Shown: in pieces, positions 49,140 to 64,000 of the stretch
Position numbering within the stretch: the stretch's first letter is position 1
How the letters are laid out: every line of letters starts with the position of its first letter
Assembly: GCF_032062105.1 (NCBI RefSeq)
Contig: NW_026931211.1
Coordinates: forward strand, 124,001 to 188,000
Source: Saccostrea cucullata
Taxonomy: Eukaryota
Length of the DNA: 64,000 nucleotides
Direction of reading: 5' to 3'
The notes under the pieces: generated by a model
Databases searched by the model: none
Told to the model about the DNA's origin: nothing
Seen by the model: the letters and a program-made list of their open reading frames with translations, nothing else
Translations under genes and position numbers: made by a program

Positions 49140-52100
49140 GTATTAAAGCTTAAAAGTTAATTAAACATTACAAAATAGGAGCAGAGCAAATACGGACGAA
49201 ACATCAGAGGTGGGATCAGGTGCCATGGAGGAGTAAGCATCCCCTGTCGAACGGTCACACTCGACGTGTGGACGTGTGTGTGCTTTTTGTCATGATTGTG
49301 AAATAACGGAAAATCCATCGTCAATTCAATGTATGAATTATGGACTAACAATTAAATAAAAAGGCCAGTCAGCATTATATATAAATAATGGACTAACAAC
49401 TGGTATGAAAAAAAGCGTCAGTCAGCATACTCCAAATTTTGTGAGGCAATGCTATGTGTTTTAGAAAAAAATCTAAGGTTTTGCAGGGATTTTATTTCGT
49501 AGATGAATAATTTTTAGCAGTTCTGTTTATGTCATTTTTAATTTCGTGGCGACCGAACATGAATTCTGGAGTCTCTATATAATTGGAATATAGCACCTAT
49601 TTAACCCAAGGAAAATAAGTGATTTCACACACCTGGTTAGCAAACACCATTTCATCATGTCAATGCTGACTGACTTTATTATTATTTGCACATTGCCAAT
49701 GGGTTTTCCGTTATTTCCTGTTCGTGACAAGGAGCACACAAAGTGTGACCTGCCGGCAGAGTTTGCTCACTCCTTCATAAAAACTGGTCCCACCTCTGAT
49801 GTTTTATGAGTCCCTGTTTGCTCTGCTCCTACTTTGTATTGTTTAATGGACTTTTGAGCTGAAATGCTTTTCGTTATATCCACATCAGTCAGCAGTTTAT
49901 TTCATACTATACTCTTTTTGTTGATAATATAATTGTATCTACCAAAGAACTTACAAAATGACTTTAAAAGAGACAACTGATATTCTTCTGTCAGTAACTT
50001 CTTTGTCAATAATTTACCTCGTTTTAGAAATTGTACATACGTACCTAGAGCATGTTCTTGCATATCAATAAACTGAGAGATATAAACACTGTATGCAGAT
50101 GATGAAGAAAAATATAAGATTCTGTGGTATCTTTATCTCAAGCTCACTGGTATATATCGTATCGACATAACATTGCTAAATGACAATACGTCGTCTATAT
50201 ATCTAAATGTTGAGTTGACGGCCTAGCAATTGCTTTCGTCTTTTCTCGTAAAAGAGTTTGAACATAATTTCTGCTGCATTTGAATGCAATACAGGTTTGA
50301 TAATAACGGAGCAAAATTGGTACCCATGGGATTCCAATAGATTGTTAGAAAACCTGGTCTCCAAAACCACAAAGATATTGTCAATCAGAAACTCAAGCAT
50401 TTTTAATGTTAGCTTCAGAGTACCGGTGTGTACAATCACGATGTCTTAACAAAATTTACAATTTTGTGATACATTTTTAATCGGTGATCATTTTCAAAGA
50501 TCATTTACACAAATGAAACATATGAAGATAACAATCAAAATTCAAGTTTCAAAAGTCCATTAAACTATACAATAAAGGAGAAGAGCACACAGACCTCCAC
50601 AACATCGGAGGTGGGATCATGTGCCATGGAGGAGTAAACATCCTCTGCTGACCGGTCACACCCGCCGTGTGCTCCTTGTCATGATCGGGAAATAACGGAA
50701 AAATCTGTCGTCAGTTCAGTGTTTATAACAATTCGTATGAAAAACGTCAGTCAGCATTTATCTCAATGATAAATTGTATTTGTTGTCAAAACAAATTATG
50801 AACAAAGCGAACATTACTGTATCCGAAAACAGATAAGGGGGTATGTTCCGCAGCACGTCAAGATATCCGTCCATTTTCCATAGCAATTCTAGCTTCTGCC
50901 CTAAAGGAGCACATGTAGCGAATATTTTCGATGCTTACTCTTCAAGGGTACCTTTTTTTCTGTCGTTTTTATGAGTTCGTGTTTGCTCTACGTCCGTTAA
51001 GTAATGTTTAAGTATACATTAAAGCTTGATTACATTTTTTCCATATGCAATTTTGTTCTTTTCGCATTTTTATTATCCTTGGGGGTTATTTTGTACTACA
51101 ATTACTCTGTGAATGTGTGCCGTTTGTATCTTTGCACTTTAAATACCCATGGATATGCACATGTAGTTATTTGAAACCATTTACTTGTGCGTTGACACAC
51201 TTAAACAATTTTGACGTCGTCAAAACAGGTAAGGCTATTGCACGTTTCTGTTCTTTATCATTTACGCTTTTTTGGGAAAAACTATAGCGAGCCTATCGTA
51301 AACGAGGGAACCTTTTCTTGCCACTTTTTTTAAAAACAAATTAAACTCTTAATTAAGTCACATTCATTGATCTAATTATTACTACAATATTATAGTCAAA
51401 TTATTCATGCCAAAAAAAAAAAAGAATCGAAATCGAAAGTAAAAATAATCGAAGTTCACCAAATTGGTTGATTTTTGTTGTTGTTGTGATTTGCTTGAAT
51501 AGGTAGACGGGTATTTAATAAAAGAAAATGCTGCGTTGACTGTGTTTACAAGGTCTTTAATTGATACTTTTAAAAAATTTTTAATGTAACCATTCACGCT
51601 TTATAATCATCCTCTTATTACAATTATGAAGTCGGTATGTTATAAAGTTTCAAACGAATAATGAGTGTCGACCATAAGTCTAGATTTGCAGTCCTTCACC
51701 GGCGTAAAGTGACGTCAAGTATGAATGAAATAATTTTAAAGGTATAAAAAGATAAGAGATTAACAAACTCAAACTCTGTAATAAATATTGCATGTAGTTG
51801 AGTGTAACATTGAATGAAAATTTTAACCCCAAGAAAACCATTGTCAACAGAGGCGCAGCCGATATTAATATATTTACATAATATACCATCAGTATATGGA
51901 GTTTATGTCTCTTAGTACTTAGGATGTCTTATCAACTGCCCATCATATGTACATGTATAATGTTAAAGGAAACTTATTGGTAAATTAAATGATATTGATG
52001 TAGTTTACTCTGCTAAAAGGGAAATGTAAATACATGTACTTACCAAATGAAGAATATGGAGATAACAAACAGTATTCAATCTCAAAGTCCATAAAACAAT

Positions 52101-53000
52101 ACAAAATAAGAGCATAGCGAACACGGACCTCAAAAACATCAGAGGTGGTATCAGGTGTCACGGAGGAGTGAGCATTCCCTGCTGACCAGTCACACACGCC
52201 GTGTGCTCCTTGTAATGATCAGGAAATAATGGAAAAATCCGTCGTCAATTCAGTGTATAAATAATGAACTAACAATTAGTATGAAAAATGTCAGTCAGCA
52301 TTTGACTAAAGATAGACTGTATTTGCTGATATGGTCAATGTATCAACCATAGAACTGATGACTTTAAAAGAGACTGATGATGTTCTTCTTTTATCAACTT
52401 CTTTATCAATAATTTACTTCGTTTTAGAAAGTGTTCATGCGTAGAGCATGCTCTTGTGTATAGAGCTTTGTTGCTAGATAACCATTAATGGTTTTTTAAA
52501 GTAAAATATCCAAGTAAGAATCTGGTGTGCCAATGAAATTGCAAAATATTAACTGGTGTTTTTCATACTGATCATTAGGCCATGATATGAAAACTGATTT
52601 GCCGAGGATTTTTAACGAATACTATATTCGTTATTTCCCGATCATAACAAAGAACACATGTGACTGGTCAGCAGGGGATGCTTATTCCTCCATGGTACTT
52701 GATCCCACTTCTGATATAAATATAGAGGTCAGGTCTGTATGCTCTTCTCCAATTATGTATTGTTTAATGGACTTTTGAACTGAATACTGTTCGTTATCTC
52801 CCATGTTTCATTTTGTGTATATGAAGTTGAAAATGGTAACTGAGAAAAAATGTATCACATACAATGCTCACTCTTCTCTATCGCACCTGATCTCACCTCT
52901 GATATTTGGAGGTCTGTGTTTGTTCTGCTCCAATTTAGTATTGTTTAAACATGGTTTAATGGACTTTTGATCTTGAATAATGTTCATTAATATCTCCACT
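49140..53000. mobile_element. Cluster of Penelope-like fragments, including an RT core relic at 50100-50420 (-)
   Basis: MLEFLIDNIFVV..GI.MGTNFAPLL on the minus strand; 3' cores at ~49200, 49750, 50620, 52150, 52660 and 52890. Confidence 0.7.
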
Positions 53001-53036
53001 CGTTAAGTTTTCTGTTTCAGATTAAAAAAAATTGTT

Positions 53037-54279
53037 ATGGCTGCATCACAATCTATAATGGCCCAAGAGGTTTACCTTTGTAACTTCTGTGGTCAGGCTG
53101 CCGAGATCTGCTGTAAAAGTTGTCAGGCTTATTTGTGTCTTCACTGTGTTCCTGAACATTTAATTCAACTTAAAGACGAACGACACGACATAGTGCCATT
53201 CAAAAAAAGGCGGAAAAGGAAATGCGAATTGCATCCGGGTCAACGTTGTGAGGCTTATTGTCAGAACTGTGAGGTCCACGTCTGTCTGAGTTGTTTGATT
53301 GGAGAACATCGATTACATGACGTAGCGCAGTACCCAGTCGTTATCCAATCAGAAACGGAAAACGAGGAGGAGGCTAACCAATCAAAATGCTTTATCTTAT
53401 TGGTAGCATTTCGCGGTAAGCTTTGAAATTTAATTTTTATAAACGCAGAGTTGTAGTTTTTAAATGAGTTTTCAACCTTTGTATGAAGTTTTCAGACATT
53501 ATTAATGACACCTAAATTTTATACTCTTGTTTTTTATAAGAAAATTTTTCCAATCATCTATGTATTCGTTAGATTGTGTGTCCTCTGCACTGCATTTCCA
53601 GTTAGGACCAGTATCACGGCTGATTACGTGTGCTATTTTGTTCACGATAGGGTTAACGCTTTACACCATAGGATGTGCACGGTTCAAGTAATTATAAACA
53701 GGCACTTTTTCTTTCAATGTTTTTATTTCAGTAAAAAATTGTTTATTATGTGAACTTTTTCAATCATCTTAAGCTGATTGTGTTACGAGAAGACAGTTTT
53801 GTACATATTGTACTTTTTTTTATTTTTTGGTTATTTTATTTTTCTTTTTTTAGGAATTACCCTTCCTGGATAGTGATTTTTTACGTTTTCTTCGGTCTGT
53901 GTTCTTCATTTATACATTTTCTTCATTTGCATCATCACTTTTCCGGGCTAAGAGACGTAGCGATATTCCTTGCTACCGGTGCTGTGGTGTCGGCAAACGC
54001 CTTGACGATTGTCCTGGCAAAGAATTCTGAGGTAAAAGATCAGATATGGCTTTTGGAACACTCTCTAGACTTTATATATTACTCCAGTATTAATGTGCAA
54101 ATCTTGAAAACTTTCAATATTGCATGTAATTTATGATTTCACATTTTGTCTTCTGTTGTTTCTTTCAGATATCCGTTGGAGCTTGCATTCTGTCAATCTT
54201 CAGCAATATTTTCCTCTTTCCATCTATTTATAAAATGTTGTCTAGAAATGAAAATCATTTTCCTTATGAAGAAATCTAG
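53037..54279 (+). CDS. Chimeric double B-box + Vps55/LEPROT-like membrane protein, copy 2, 260 aa. Exons: 53037-53415, 53573-53687, 53854-54031, 54169-54279
   Basis: All introns are GT-AG, phases 1/2/0, giving a 783-nt open frame; the B-box exon is highly similar to copy 1. Confidence 0.85.
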
Positions 54280-55756
54280 AAAGTGCTGTGTGATATTAAC
54301 AAGATTTTGAGAAGAGTATCTTTTTCCTAAAGGAAAATGACATTTTGATTCCAAGAAACATGCAGATTTGTGTAAGAAAACAATGCTTATTACTAGAATT
54401 TGTACTAGTGGATGTTTTTTCCGTCATGGCACCTGATCCAACCTCTCTTTTCAAGGTCTATGTGAGCTCTATATTGTTTGTGCTTTTATAGCTTATTCAA
54501 TATTGACCTTCACTATTCATTTATGAAATTTTATCTTGTTGTATTGGTATTACGGTAGGATTTTCATATACATGTACATTTAAACATATGATGATATCAC
54601 AAATCTTGTCCTATATTAAATTTTCACACTCTAATTTGTCCGACAGTGAGCAATTTTTTCAACTTTTTTATCCAATCTCTCTTGCAAAAACTGGTAGAAT
54701 ATAAATTGGTTGTTTCAAGATATTTCATATGGTCCTGTTCATTTTAAAAAATGAAAAATTAATTAAAATTCCCATATATTTTGTCAGGTTTTAAAGGAAA
54801 TTGATTCCTGAACTTCATAACTGAAGATATTTGATTTACTTTAAAACATCTTTATTAATAATAGGTTGGTATAATCATACATTTGACATTGAATGTAAAA
54901 TATTGCCTCTGTTTCACACAAATTCAAAGTAATAAAAAATCATAAAATGAATGAAAAATAAGTCAATGAGAGGAAGAAAATAGACCCAATTCCTGTTGTT
55001 CTACATGTGTTGGTATTTACTAATTTACATGTATATTGGCAACAGGTCTATGCCTCAAAATAAAATGTATGAATATATTCTATGAAGATTCTGAATTGCA
55101 TGAAATATGATTTTCATCTTGCTACCTTTTTCATTATAGATCTTTGTCACATTGGAATATCAAACTTATTCGAAACATTGTCCATCTGTAGAGTTTGATT
55201 CTTGGTTTTCAGCCTCTTACTCATCAGCCTCTTGTGTCTTATGCTATGTCAGTAATTGTTTGATTTTTTAGTTTAATTTGATCTATGCTCACTTGATCAG
55301 AAGGTACAAATATATTTATATTGCTATATTGCTAAAGATAAACGTTTTTCTTCGCCCGTGTGTCTGTGTGTACATGAATATTCACATCCTTAGAATATGT
55401 AGAATGTCTATCATGAATAAAAAAAAAAATATCCGTCCTCAGATTTCACTTTACCAGATGTATACTTGTAGATTGAGTTGGTACAATAGTAAAATTAAGT
55501 GGTTTATACAGAATTAGAAAATCTCTAACTTCATGTTCAGTCATAACCATACACTTATGTTGAGATAAAGGTCACATACATAGATACAGTAAAGATATGC
55601 CTCTCGTTTTCTATAACTGGTTTCCATCTAAGGGCATATATACTGTCAATACTTTTAGAGTATTTATAGCCTTTTGAACACACTGTTGTGTTGAATCTTT
55701 ATCACCACTGTTCCAGTTAATTAGATAGCCAAACTATAAGCGATGATCTTCCTCTG

Positions 55757-58700
55757 TCAGGTATCCGTGAGATCGGCGACATTGTGGAGGCGATACGAGA
55801 CTTCTCCCTGTAGAGGGCGCTGTAGGGGATGGGCCAACAGCTGCGCCATTTGATCGTAGAGTCGCGTCGGATTTCTAGCAGCCTCAAAGATGTAAGACAT
55901 TCCCTTTTCATCAAAATCACAGAGGCGGTCAAAGATTTCCTGAAATGGTTAATAAATAATAAATTCATAAAAGTCAAACAGATAGTCACAGATATCTTGA
56001 CTTAATCAGTAACAATTACTTCTGTACTCTGAAGTTTCACCTTTATTTAGTAGTTTTCAAAGAGTTTTCTACATAAAAGATAATATATAAAACTGAAATG
56101 CATTTTGTAGACATGTCTATCTAACTACATATGTACACTGTTATATATAAATGATAATCAGCACTTTCTTCTTTGATAAATTTTCAATTGAACTAAAAGA
56201 AAGGGCCCAGCAATAAATAAACATGAATTTCAAAGGTCAATTATTTGAATGACCAATTATAAAACATTTGTAATTTTATGTTGCTCTAACTGTACACTGC
56301 TTCTATAAATGTTAACAGTTATATGACTGTGTCATAAAAATGAATAGTCTTGCTCCTAGCAAACAGAACAATAAATTCTTCCATGTGTTTGATATAAACA
56401 GTTAAGGCTTACAGACAATTCTAACTGACCTCGCACTTGTTTTCCTCTGATTGTGGTTCATGTACATAGAGGGCATCAAAGAAAAAGTAAGGAGAGCTAT
56501 CCAGCTGTCGAAAACTCTGAAAAATTAAAATCAGGATAGAAGTGACTGAATATTACAAAAAAACACTGTGTTATATTACAAAGCTTGTTAAGAATGACTA
56601 TAAACATGGATATTGCAAATTCATAGTTATAAGGAAAAAGCCACTCTGTTAAATTTTACAAGATATAAAAAAGATTGGAGTTTTACTTGGGGGACACAGA
56701 AAACTTCATATACTGGTATTGTAATGTAATTTTAACTCCCCATCATTCCTTACTTCATCACCATCTTACCTCTTTATTCTGGAACTCGATTTGTCCGTTA
56801 GATCGACCGTAAATAAACAGCATCCTTACAATGTAAGGGGGAGGCAGAATTGTCATGTCCCCCTCCACTTCTGGAAGTGGCACGCACTGATGTCTAAAAT
56901 AAGGAGACAAACATAGCTACCTCAGTACATAAATCTACTACATACTGAATGCTATACTATAGAACTGTCTGAAATACACTGTATTAAGTTAAATGATCAG
57001 TTTTTTTCTTTTTCACAGACCAATCAAAAGATTTCTATAACTTTAAATTCAATGAGATATATCTCTGCCTTTCCAGATTTGTACAGGTATAAAATCTAAA
57101 ACAAAAATTTCAAATTAGAGTCTTCAATGGAGATAACTCTTCTAGAAAATGATTTCCTATCTTAAGTGTAACTGTTCAATATTTAGACTTCTACACAAAT
57201 GGAGAAAAAAGCTCTTCACCACTTACTTTCTGATTAATTTGATTGGATGCTTACATGAGGTCAAACAACGAGGTCGCATTGAAGGACTGTAGCTCCACCG
57301 TCTCCGACAAATCATCTAAAGCATTCATTACAGACTTGATATTTCCAGTAAAATCTTTCACCTAGAAATATTAAAGTATTGATGTGTACAGGCATCTTCC
57401 AATATCATGATTATAAGTTGATATAATATTTATTCAACATGTAAAAGCTAAAGTTAAAATCCTGTTCCATTCTACATTATTCATTAAAATTCATTAACTA
57501 GTCTCTCAAATTCTGAATACTGTAGATTGGCAAATAATCAAGATGGTTTTAATTTCGCTAAATTCGTGATTTATCTTTTTTCCGCAAAATTAAACCCATC
57601 GTGGATGCTATTATTATTTTTACAAATGGTTTAATGCTAATACAAAAATTTGAAGTAATTTTGCAGCATGAATTTAAAACCATCACAATTGGAACTTTTT
57701 GAAAGATCGTGAAATTTTAACACCGTGAAATTAAAACAATTTACAGTAACTGCTGATTTTGCTCATTAACTACTTTTCCTATTACATAGTGTGTTGTAAT
57801 AAACCCATTCAATGCTTTTTTATTCTGAAAATAGATTACAAAATGTGTTTGAATTAAAGTTACAGTGAAATAAATTTACCCATGATGCTTTGTCAAAGAG
57901 ATGGACCAATGCAAACTGATGATTTTTGTTCATTTTCTGTTTACTGTGGAGATAAAATGACAGAGCTCTTCTGACCAGCTTCATAGGGGTCCACTTATCC
58001 CTGTCAAAAAAAAAAATTACAAAAAATCAGCAGAGTGATCAAACAGAAATAATTCAACTTTATAGGGGTCCACTTATCCCTGCCAAAGAACATTCAACAG
58101 CATCAGCAGAGTGTCGGGTCAATCAGAAATATTTCAACTTCAAATTATCATAGGGGGTCATTTATCCCTGGTAAGAATCATTCATCAGCATTGAGTTAAA
58201 ACAGAAGTAAAAACACATCAATGTCACAGATGTTAAGAGTCTTTTTGTGTAAGATATGCTTGCAGTAATTTGATAAATCATAAAGCCTTGTGGCATGAAT
58301 TTCAATGTATCCAATATCAACATCTGGATCACTTTTTTACTTTAATTAAAAATTATAAGAAACAAACTGGAAATGATTAATATGAGTAAAATCACTCAGA
58401 GCATGTTTATTTTGAAAAAAAGGTCTTATTTTGATAAATTGGTAGTACATGTACTGTCTACAATTATTCTTTGTTAACAAATTCATAAATGCTGCTTCAT
58501 ACAATTTACTGTAAAAAAAAAATGATGTGAATAGGAAAAACCACAAATTCATGCATTGACTGTTTAGGAAAAACAATTTCTATCCAAATTTTGTACTAAA
58601 TTTTCAAAACCCTAGAAAGAGTGCATCTGAAGAATATATTTTTAGAACAAACTGCCTTGTCCTTTTACCATCTTCAGAACATTACAATATACAATGCTTA

Positions 58701-61130
58701 CCCTGATCTAGACCGAAATGAAACTTTATCCATTTCTGTGCTCATATCCAGGCATATTATCTGAAAAAAAAAATCCAAGATATTTATACAAATTATGCAA
58801 TGTCATGTAATATCAATATGCATCTTTTGTTTCTTTCCTTGCAGCCATTTCAAGTCTTTCTGAATAACTAGGGATCTATAGCATATTATGGTCAAAGACT
58901 AGTATTCACCTATTTACTGGCTATGAGGACAATAGCAAGTTTATCGTTCCCCAAGACAGCAAACTATTTCCTGAGGCGCAGCCGAGGGAAGTAGTTTGCT
59001 GTCGAGGGGGACGATAAACTTGCTATTGTCCGAATAGTCAGTAAATAGGTGTTTTATTATACCGATGCTGACTTTTAATAACTTGTTAACTTTTGGGAGT
59101 CCAGGGTACACACAATTATGATATTCCATATTATATACCGATGTAGCTGCAGATCTGTAGCTATCCGAAAAAATATATTTTTTGACTGTATATCAGTGGT
59201 ATATAAAAATGTATATTTATTGCGCACAAAAAAGTGCGCTCGGTTCTTGATTATTTCTTCCAAATTCTTACCTCAATTGCAAAAGAGGGAAAATTTAAAA
59301 AGGTTTCTCTCTCTTTATCAAGTACACTCGTAGTTGACATCTGAACGAAGCATATTGGACCGAATTATCTTTGAAACCAAAATGGCAGTATATATAATGA
59401 AAATGTTCGATGATTACAATATCAGGGTCAGGAGGACTATTAAAAACAATTATGATGAATGTTTCGTTGTGGAAAGAGTCAAAGAATATGTTAGGAACAC
59501 ACGGTTAGTAATATTTTGAGATTACAGTTTTAGGAACATGGAGAAAAAAATCGAAAACCGAGCGCACTTTTTTGTGCGCAATAAATATACAGTTTTTTCA
59601 ATGGGTGGCACTGTAGCTATCCGGTCTATCAATATATATTTTTTCGGATAGCTACAGATCTGCAGCTAATACCGATGCTGACTTAACTTTTGTTACGTCA
59701 TAATATATACGCGTCACAATCCGTATAAAACCAGAAGTTTTCCGAGATGAAAAGCAAGGGATACAGAATGCTGCTGGTGAATGGTTTGATGACTATTTCA
59801 CCATGGGCAGATAGCACAAAAGCTATTTCACAGTAGGGGCTGTTTGGAAAAGATAGCATGTTTATTCGTCATGTTTTTATATTGAACAAATTCACAGAGG
59901 TATATATAATCTTGTATATAAAGCCATATTAAATGCAACACTTCTGTAGCTTCTCAGTTAAATGTAATAGAGCCAGCTGATTAGAACACACATTGGCTTG
60001 GAATGGAGCGGACCTGACCTTTCCCTGAAGTTAGGGAAAACCCTCATAAACTGCGAAAGCAATGCATATTAAGGGGGTAAAAACATTTTTTTCTGTATAT
60101 CATGGTATATAAATATTTTGCATATTCTGAAATTAATTTACTCTATATTAAAATTTGTGTAATTGCATGTTTACAGTTTCATGGTGAAGTTAAGTAATGT
60201 TTGTGACATTGCAGTGGAAATATCGGACGTATTAACAATCCTAAATAAACTTCATCAGTCAAAACCAAGTATACTGTGTTTTATCTTTGAGAGGGTCGAT
60301 CCATAACTGCACATCTCTGCCATAGCAGGATATATAGCAGATAAAGCATTTTTTTTTTAAAATTCACACTGTTCAGACTTTGATTTGGTAATGCTACTGT
60401 GGTACTCAGCTGGTTTCGATCACTGGTGGCCAGAGAGCTCAGTTGGTAAATTAAAGCACCTGACCAGAGTTTCGGGGGCATGAGTTCAAATCCCGGTCTA
60501 ATCCGCTGCATTTTCAGAGTTTAACGTTATATGTATCAAATGGCACATGTGGTTTGATAAGCCCGATCTGAATATAAAGTAGCTGCGATTGCCCTGACCA
60601 CAGGGGCTTGCTCACAGCCTGTAATAATTATTTATTAAAAAATCATATACCGTAATGTGTTATAACGGTGTATGATTTTATTATTTTTTTTACATGCCGG
60701 GAGCAAGCCCCTGTGCCCTGACAGTCACACCATGGCATCTACATCTCATTAATTTAATAGGTGCGATTTAAGAATAGACTTCCACCTCTCAATATCATAT
60801 ACATTTACCAATGTAATTGATAAAGACCAATTTATATCTTCTACACTTCACATGATAGGTTAACTAGGCCCTAGTTTTTACCCATTTAGAAGAGGAGTGT
60901 CTATCTCCAGAGACCTATCTCCAAACACAACTCACTATTTTTTCTGGGCAGTTCACACGGGGTAGTGCGACGTCATCTTGACTGGAATCCCGAGATTTCG
61001 CATCTTCGTTTGAGCTTCCCTCGCTTTTGGCAGCCGAATGTTCGTCAATAATATCATATTCGTGGATTACACTCGATACTAGCCGGGAATAGTTTTCTTG
61101 TTCAGTTCCACTTTCATTTTCGGTCTCCAT
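55757..61130 (-). CDS. BABAM1: BRISC and BRCA1-A complex member 1 (MERIT40/NBA1), 291 aa. Exons: 61130-60936, 58760-58702, 58000-57880, 57361-57255, 56893-56770, 56516-56430, 55939-55757
   Basis: PRVNCPEKIIICLDMS, LPPPYIVRMLFIYGRS, SPYFFFDALYVH and LLAHPLQRP; all introns GT-AG with consistent phases. Confidence 0.93.
58903..59052. repeat. ~150-bp palindrome centred on ctgaggcgcagccgagg (possibly a Crypton-type non-autonomous element)
   Basis: Arms cacctatttactg..gacaatagcaagtttatcgt..cagcaaacta and reverse complement. Confidence 0.7.
59144..59668. mobile_element. MITE with 9-bp TSD (Mutator-like)
   Basis: TAGCTGCAGATCTGTAGCTATCCG TIR; TSD ATACCGATG at 59135-59143 and 59669-59677. Confidence 0.8.
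60425..60510 (+). repeat. tRNA-derived SINE head or tRNA pseudogene
   Basis: agctcagttggta A-box and gagttcaaatccc B-box, but poor cloverleaf stems. Confidence 0.55.
60599..60715. mobile_element. 117-bp palindromic MITE, CACAGG..CCTGTG ends (P-like)
   Basis: TIR cacaggggcttgctc; 7-bp direct repeat CCCTGAC on both sides. Confidence 0.75.
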
Positions 61131-61702
61131 GATTGTAGTCTCAAAGCAAAAGCAAATACAATTTTTAACGCATTGAAAACAATTTTGAACAGATTACAAT
61201 ACTTTTCGTATAATTTTATGATTAAATTTCTTTTTAAAATCTCAGAATGACATCAATCAAAAGATTTAAGCTGAAAAAACACCGAGTTTATCATGTTTAT
61301 GCAAGATCTGGGTTAGAGATTATATTTTCTATCATCAAACTCGTACTCAACATCAAGGCGATAAAACATCACTTATTTCCAAACCTTCACGTTGTCTGTG
61401 AAGATTTTTCTCTTGCTTTGTGACTGGTAAGAACATAATGTCTGTCATGATATAATCCTACAAAAATCGACCTTCATTACAAAACATAACAGACCTTGAT
61501 TTTGTGACATGTAACAGTTGCATGTATGACAATGTGTACAGTGTTGTAGGCTGTCTGATCAGTGATAAAATTCACTTTTTTTCTTTAAAAAATCGGCAAT
61601 TTATATAGGGTAATTTAAGAATTACGAAATTTGACAGGTGGTTTTAGTGACACAGAAGGCAATTCCAGTATTTTCTCATTTTCCTATCATCTCTTCCTTG
61701 CA

Positions 61703-62355
61703 CAGGTCCAGGAAAATCACTATATTTAGCTATATAGGTATATATCTACCTATATAGCTTTATTTACCTATAAAATATAGCTATATTTAGCTATTTTGGA
61801 ATAAGTTTCAGTTTTATGAAAAGCAGACAAAAAGTCGCATAATGAGTCAGTATTAGTTTTCAACTTTGAAATGGACTGAAAACAATTCACCAAAAACCCA
61901 CTTATAAAAATGTTTCTCCTTTTGTGCTATTGCAATCAAAGATCTAAAAGTTTTGGGGCTATGTGTAACAGTTAATCTGTGAGTAAGCAGCTACTTTAAC
62001 AAAGAAAAGCAGTTTTGGTCAACAAGATAATTGATTGGTAATAATTGAGCACAATGCAAGGCAATCACACTTAGTCATGCCTCACCGCACTTCCAGCTAT
62101 CCAAACAATAGAGATGCATTTTTTGGTTAAAAAGTGTTTATAAGAGGCAATGTTTTTACTATCTATGCCCTAGGTTGTTGTTATCAATCCTTTTAAAAAA
62201 TATATCAGCCATAATTTACATGCGACATTTTGTCTGCTTTTCATAAAACAGAAATTTATTCCAAAATAGCTAAATATAGCTATATTTTATAGGTAAATAA
62301 AGCTATATAGGTAGATATACCTATATAGCTAAATATAGTGATTTTCCTGGACCTG
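61703..62355. mobile_element. MITE with ~135-bp TIRs and 5-bp TSD
   Basis: caggtccaggaaaatcactatatttagc.. and reverse complement; TTGCA at 61698-61702 and 62356-62360. Confidence 0.8.
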
Positions 62356-62700
62356 TTGCATAGACATACACTATACAGTAAAACTCGGTTATAACGAAGT
62401 CAATGGGAGCTACAAAAGTACTTCACTTTATCTGTTATTCGTTATATCCATGTAAGAATTTGTTGGATTAATATAAATGTGGATCCAAGTTAACTTGGCT
62501 TTATCCGTGAATTCACAATATCCATGTTCCTACTAAACGAGTTTTGATCTAATGATTTTCAGATATATGCTTTGTATTACATTCAAGTGATTTGTTTATA
62601 TGTTAAGAAAAAAATTAATACAAGTCAAGTATCAGATATGCTTTTGTGTAAGTCATTGTTTAGTGTCCCATTCTTGCATATTAATTTTATTATTTTAGCG

Positions 62701-64000
<1,300 letters not shown>

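Noticed and set aside
60425-60510. Functional tRNA gene
   Set aside because: The stems are disrupted and there is an insertion after the D-loop; it looks like a SINE head.

Overview
AT-rich, intron-containing animal DNA; the repeat families and expanded B-box/TRIM genes suggest a bivalve, probably an oyster (inference). It holds three conserved genes: LEPROT/OB-RGRP (Vps55 family, +, 3139-7476), BABAM1/MERIT40 (-, 55757-61130) and the 5' part of TMEM259/membralin (+, from 62701). Three things stand out. (1) A complete 5,030-bp mini-Polinton/Maverick (10271-15300) with a perfect 6-bp TSD, AGTAGT..ACTACT ends and inverted ~98-bp subterminal arrays. It encodes only a penton-like protein, a Zn-finger/packaging ATPase and an intact integrase-chromodomain, so it may be a satellite or segment of a helper Polinton. 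(2) A local cluster of chimeric genes fusing a TRIM-type double B-box exon to a diverged Vps55/LEPROT membrane module: two apparently intact copies and one relic, alternating with an orphan multi-TM gene. (3) A candidate one-nucleotide microexon (C at 4616) that restores the LEPROT frame with the homologous N-terminus. The window also has a frameshifted intronless TRIM gene and many MITEs, Helentron-like elements, SINEs, Penelope-like fragments and a solo LTR. All gene models were spliced and translated by eye; no database searches were run.
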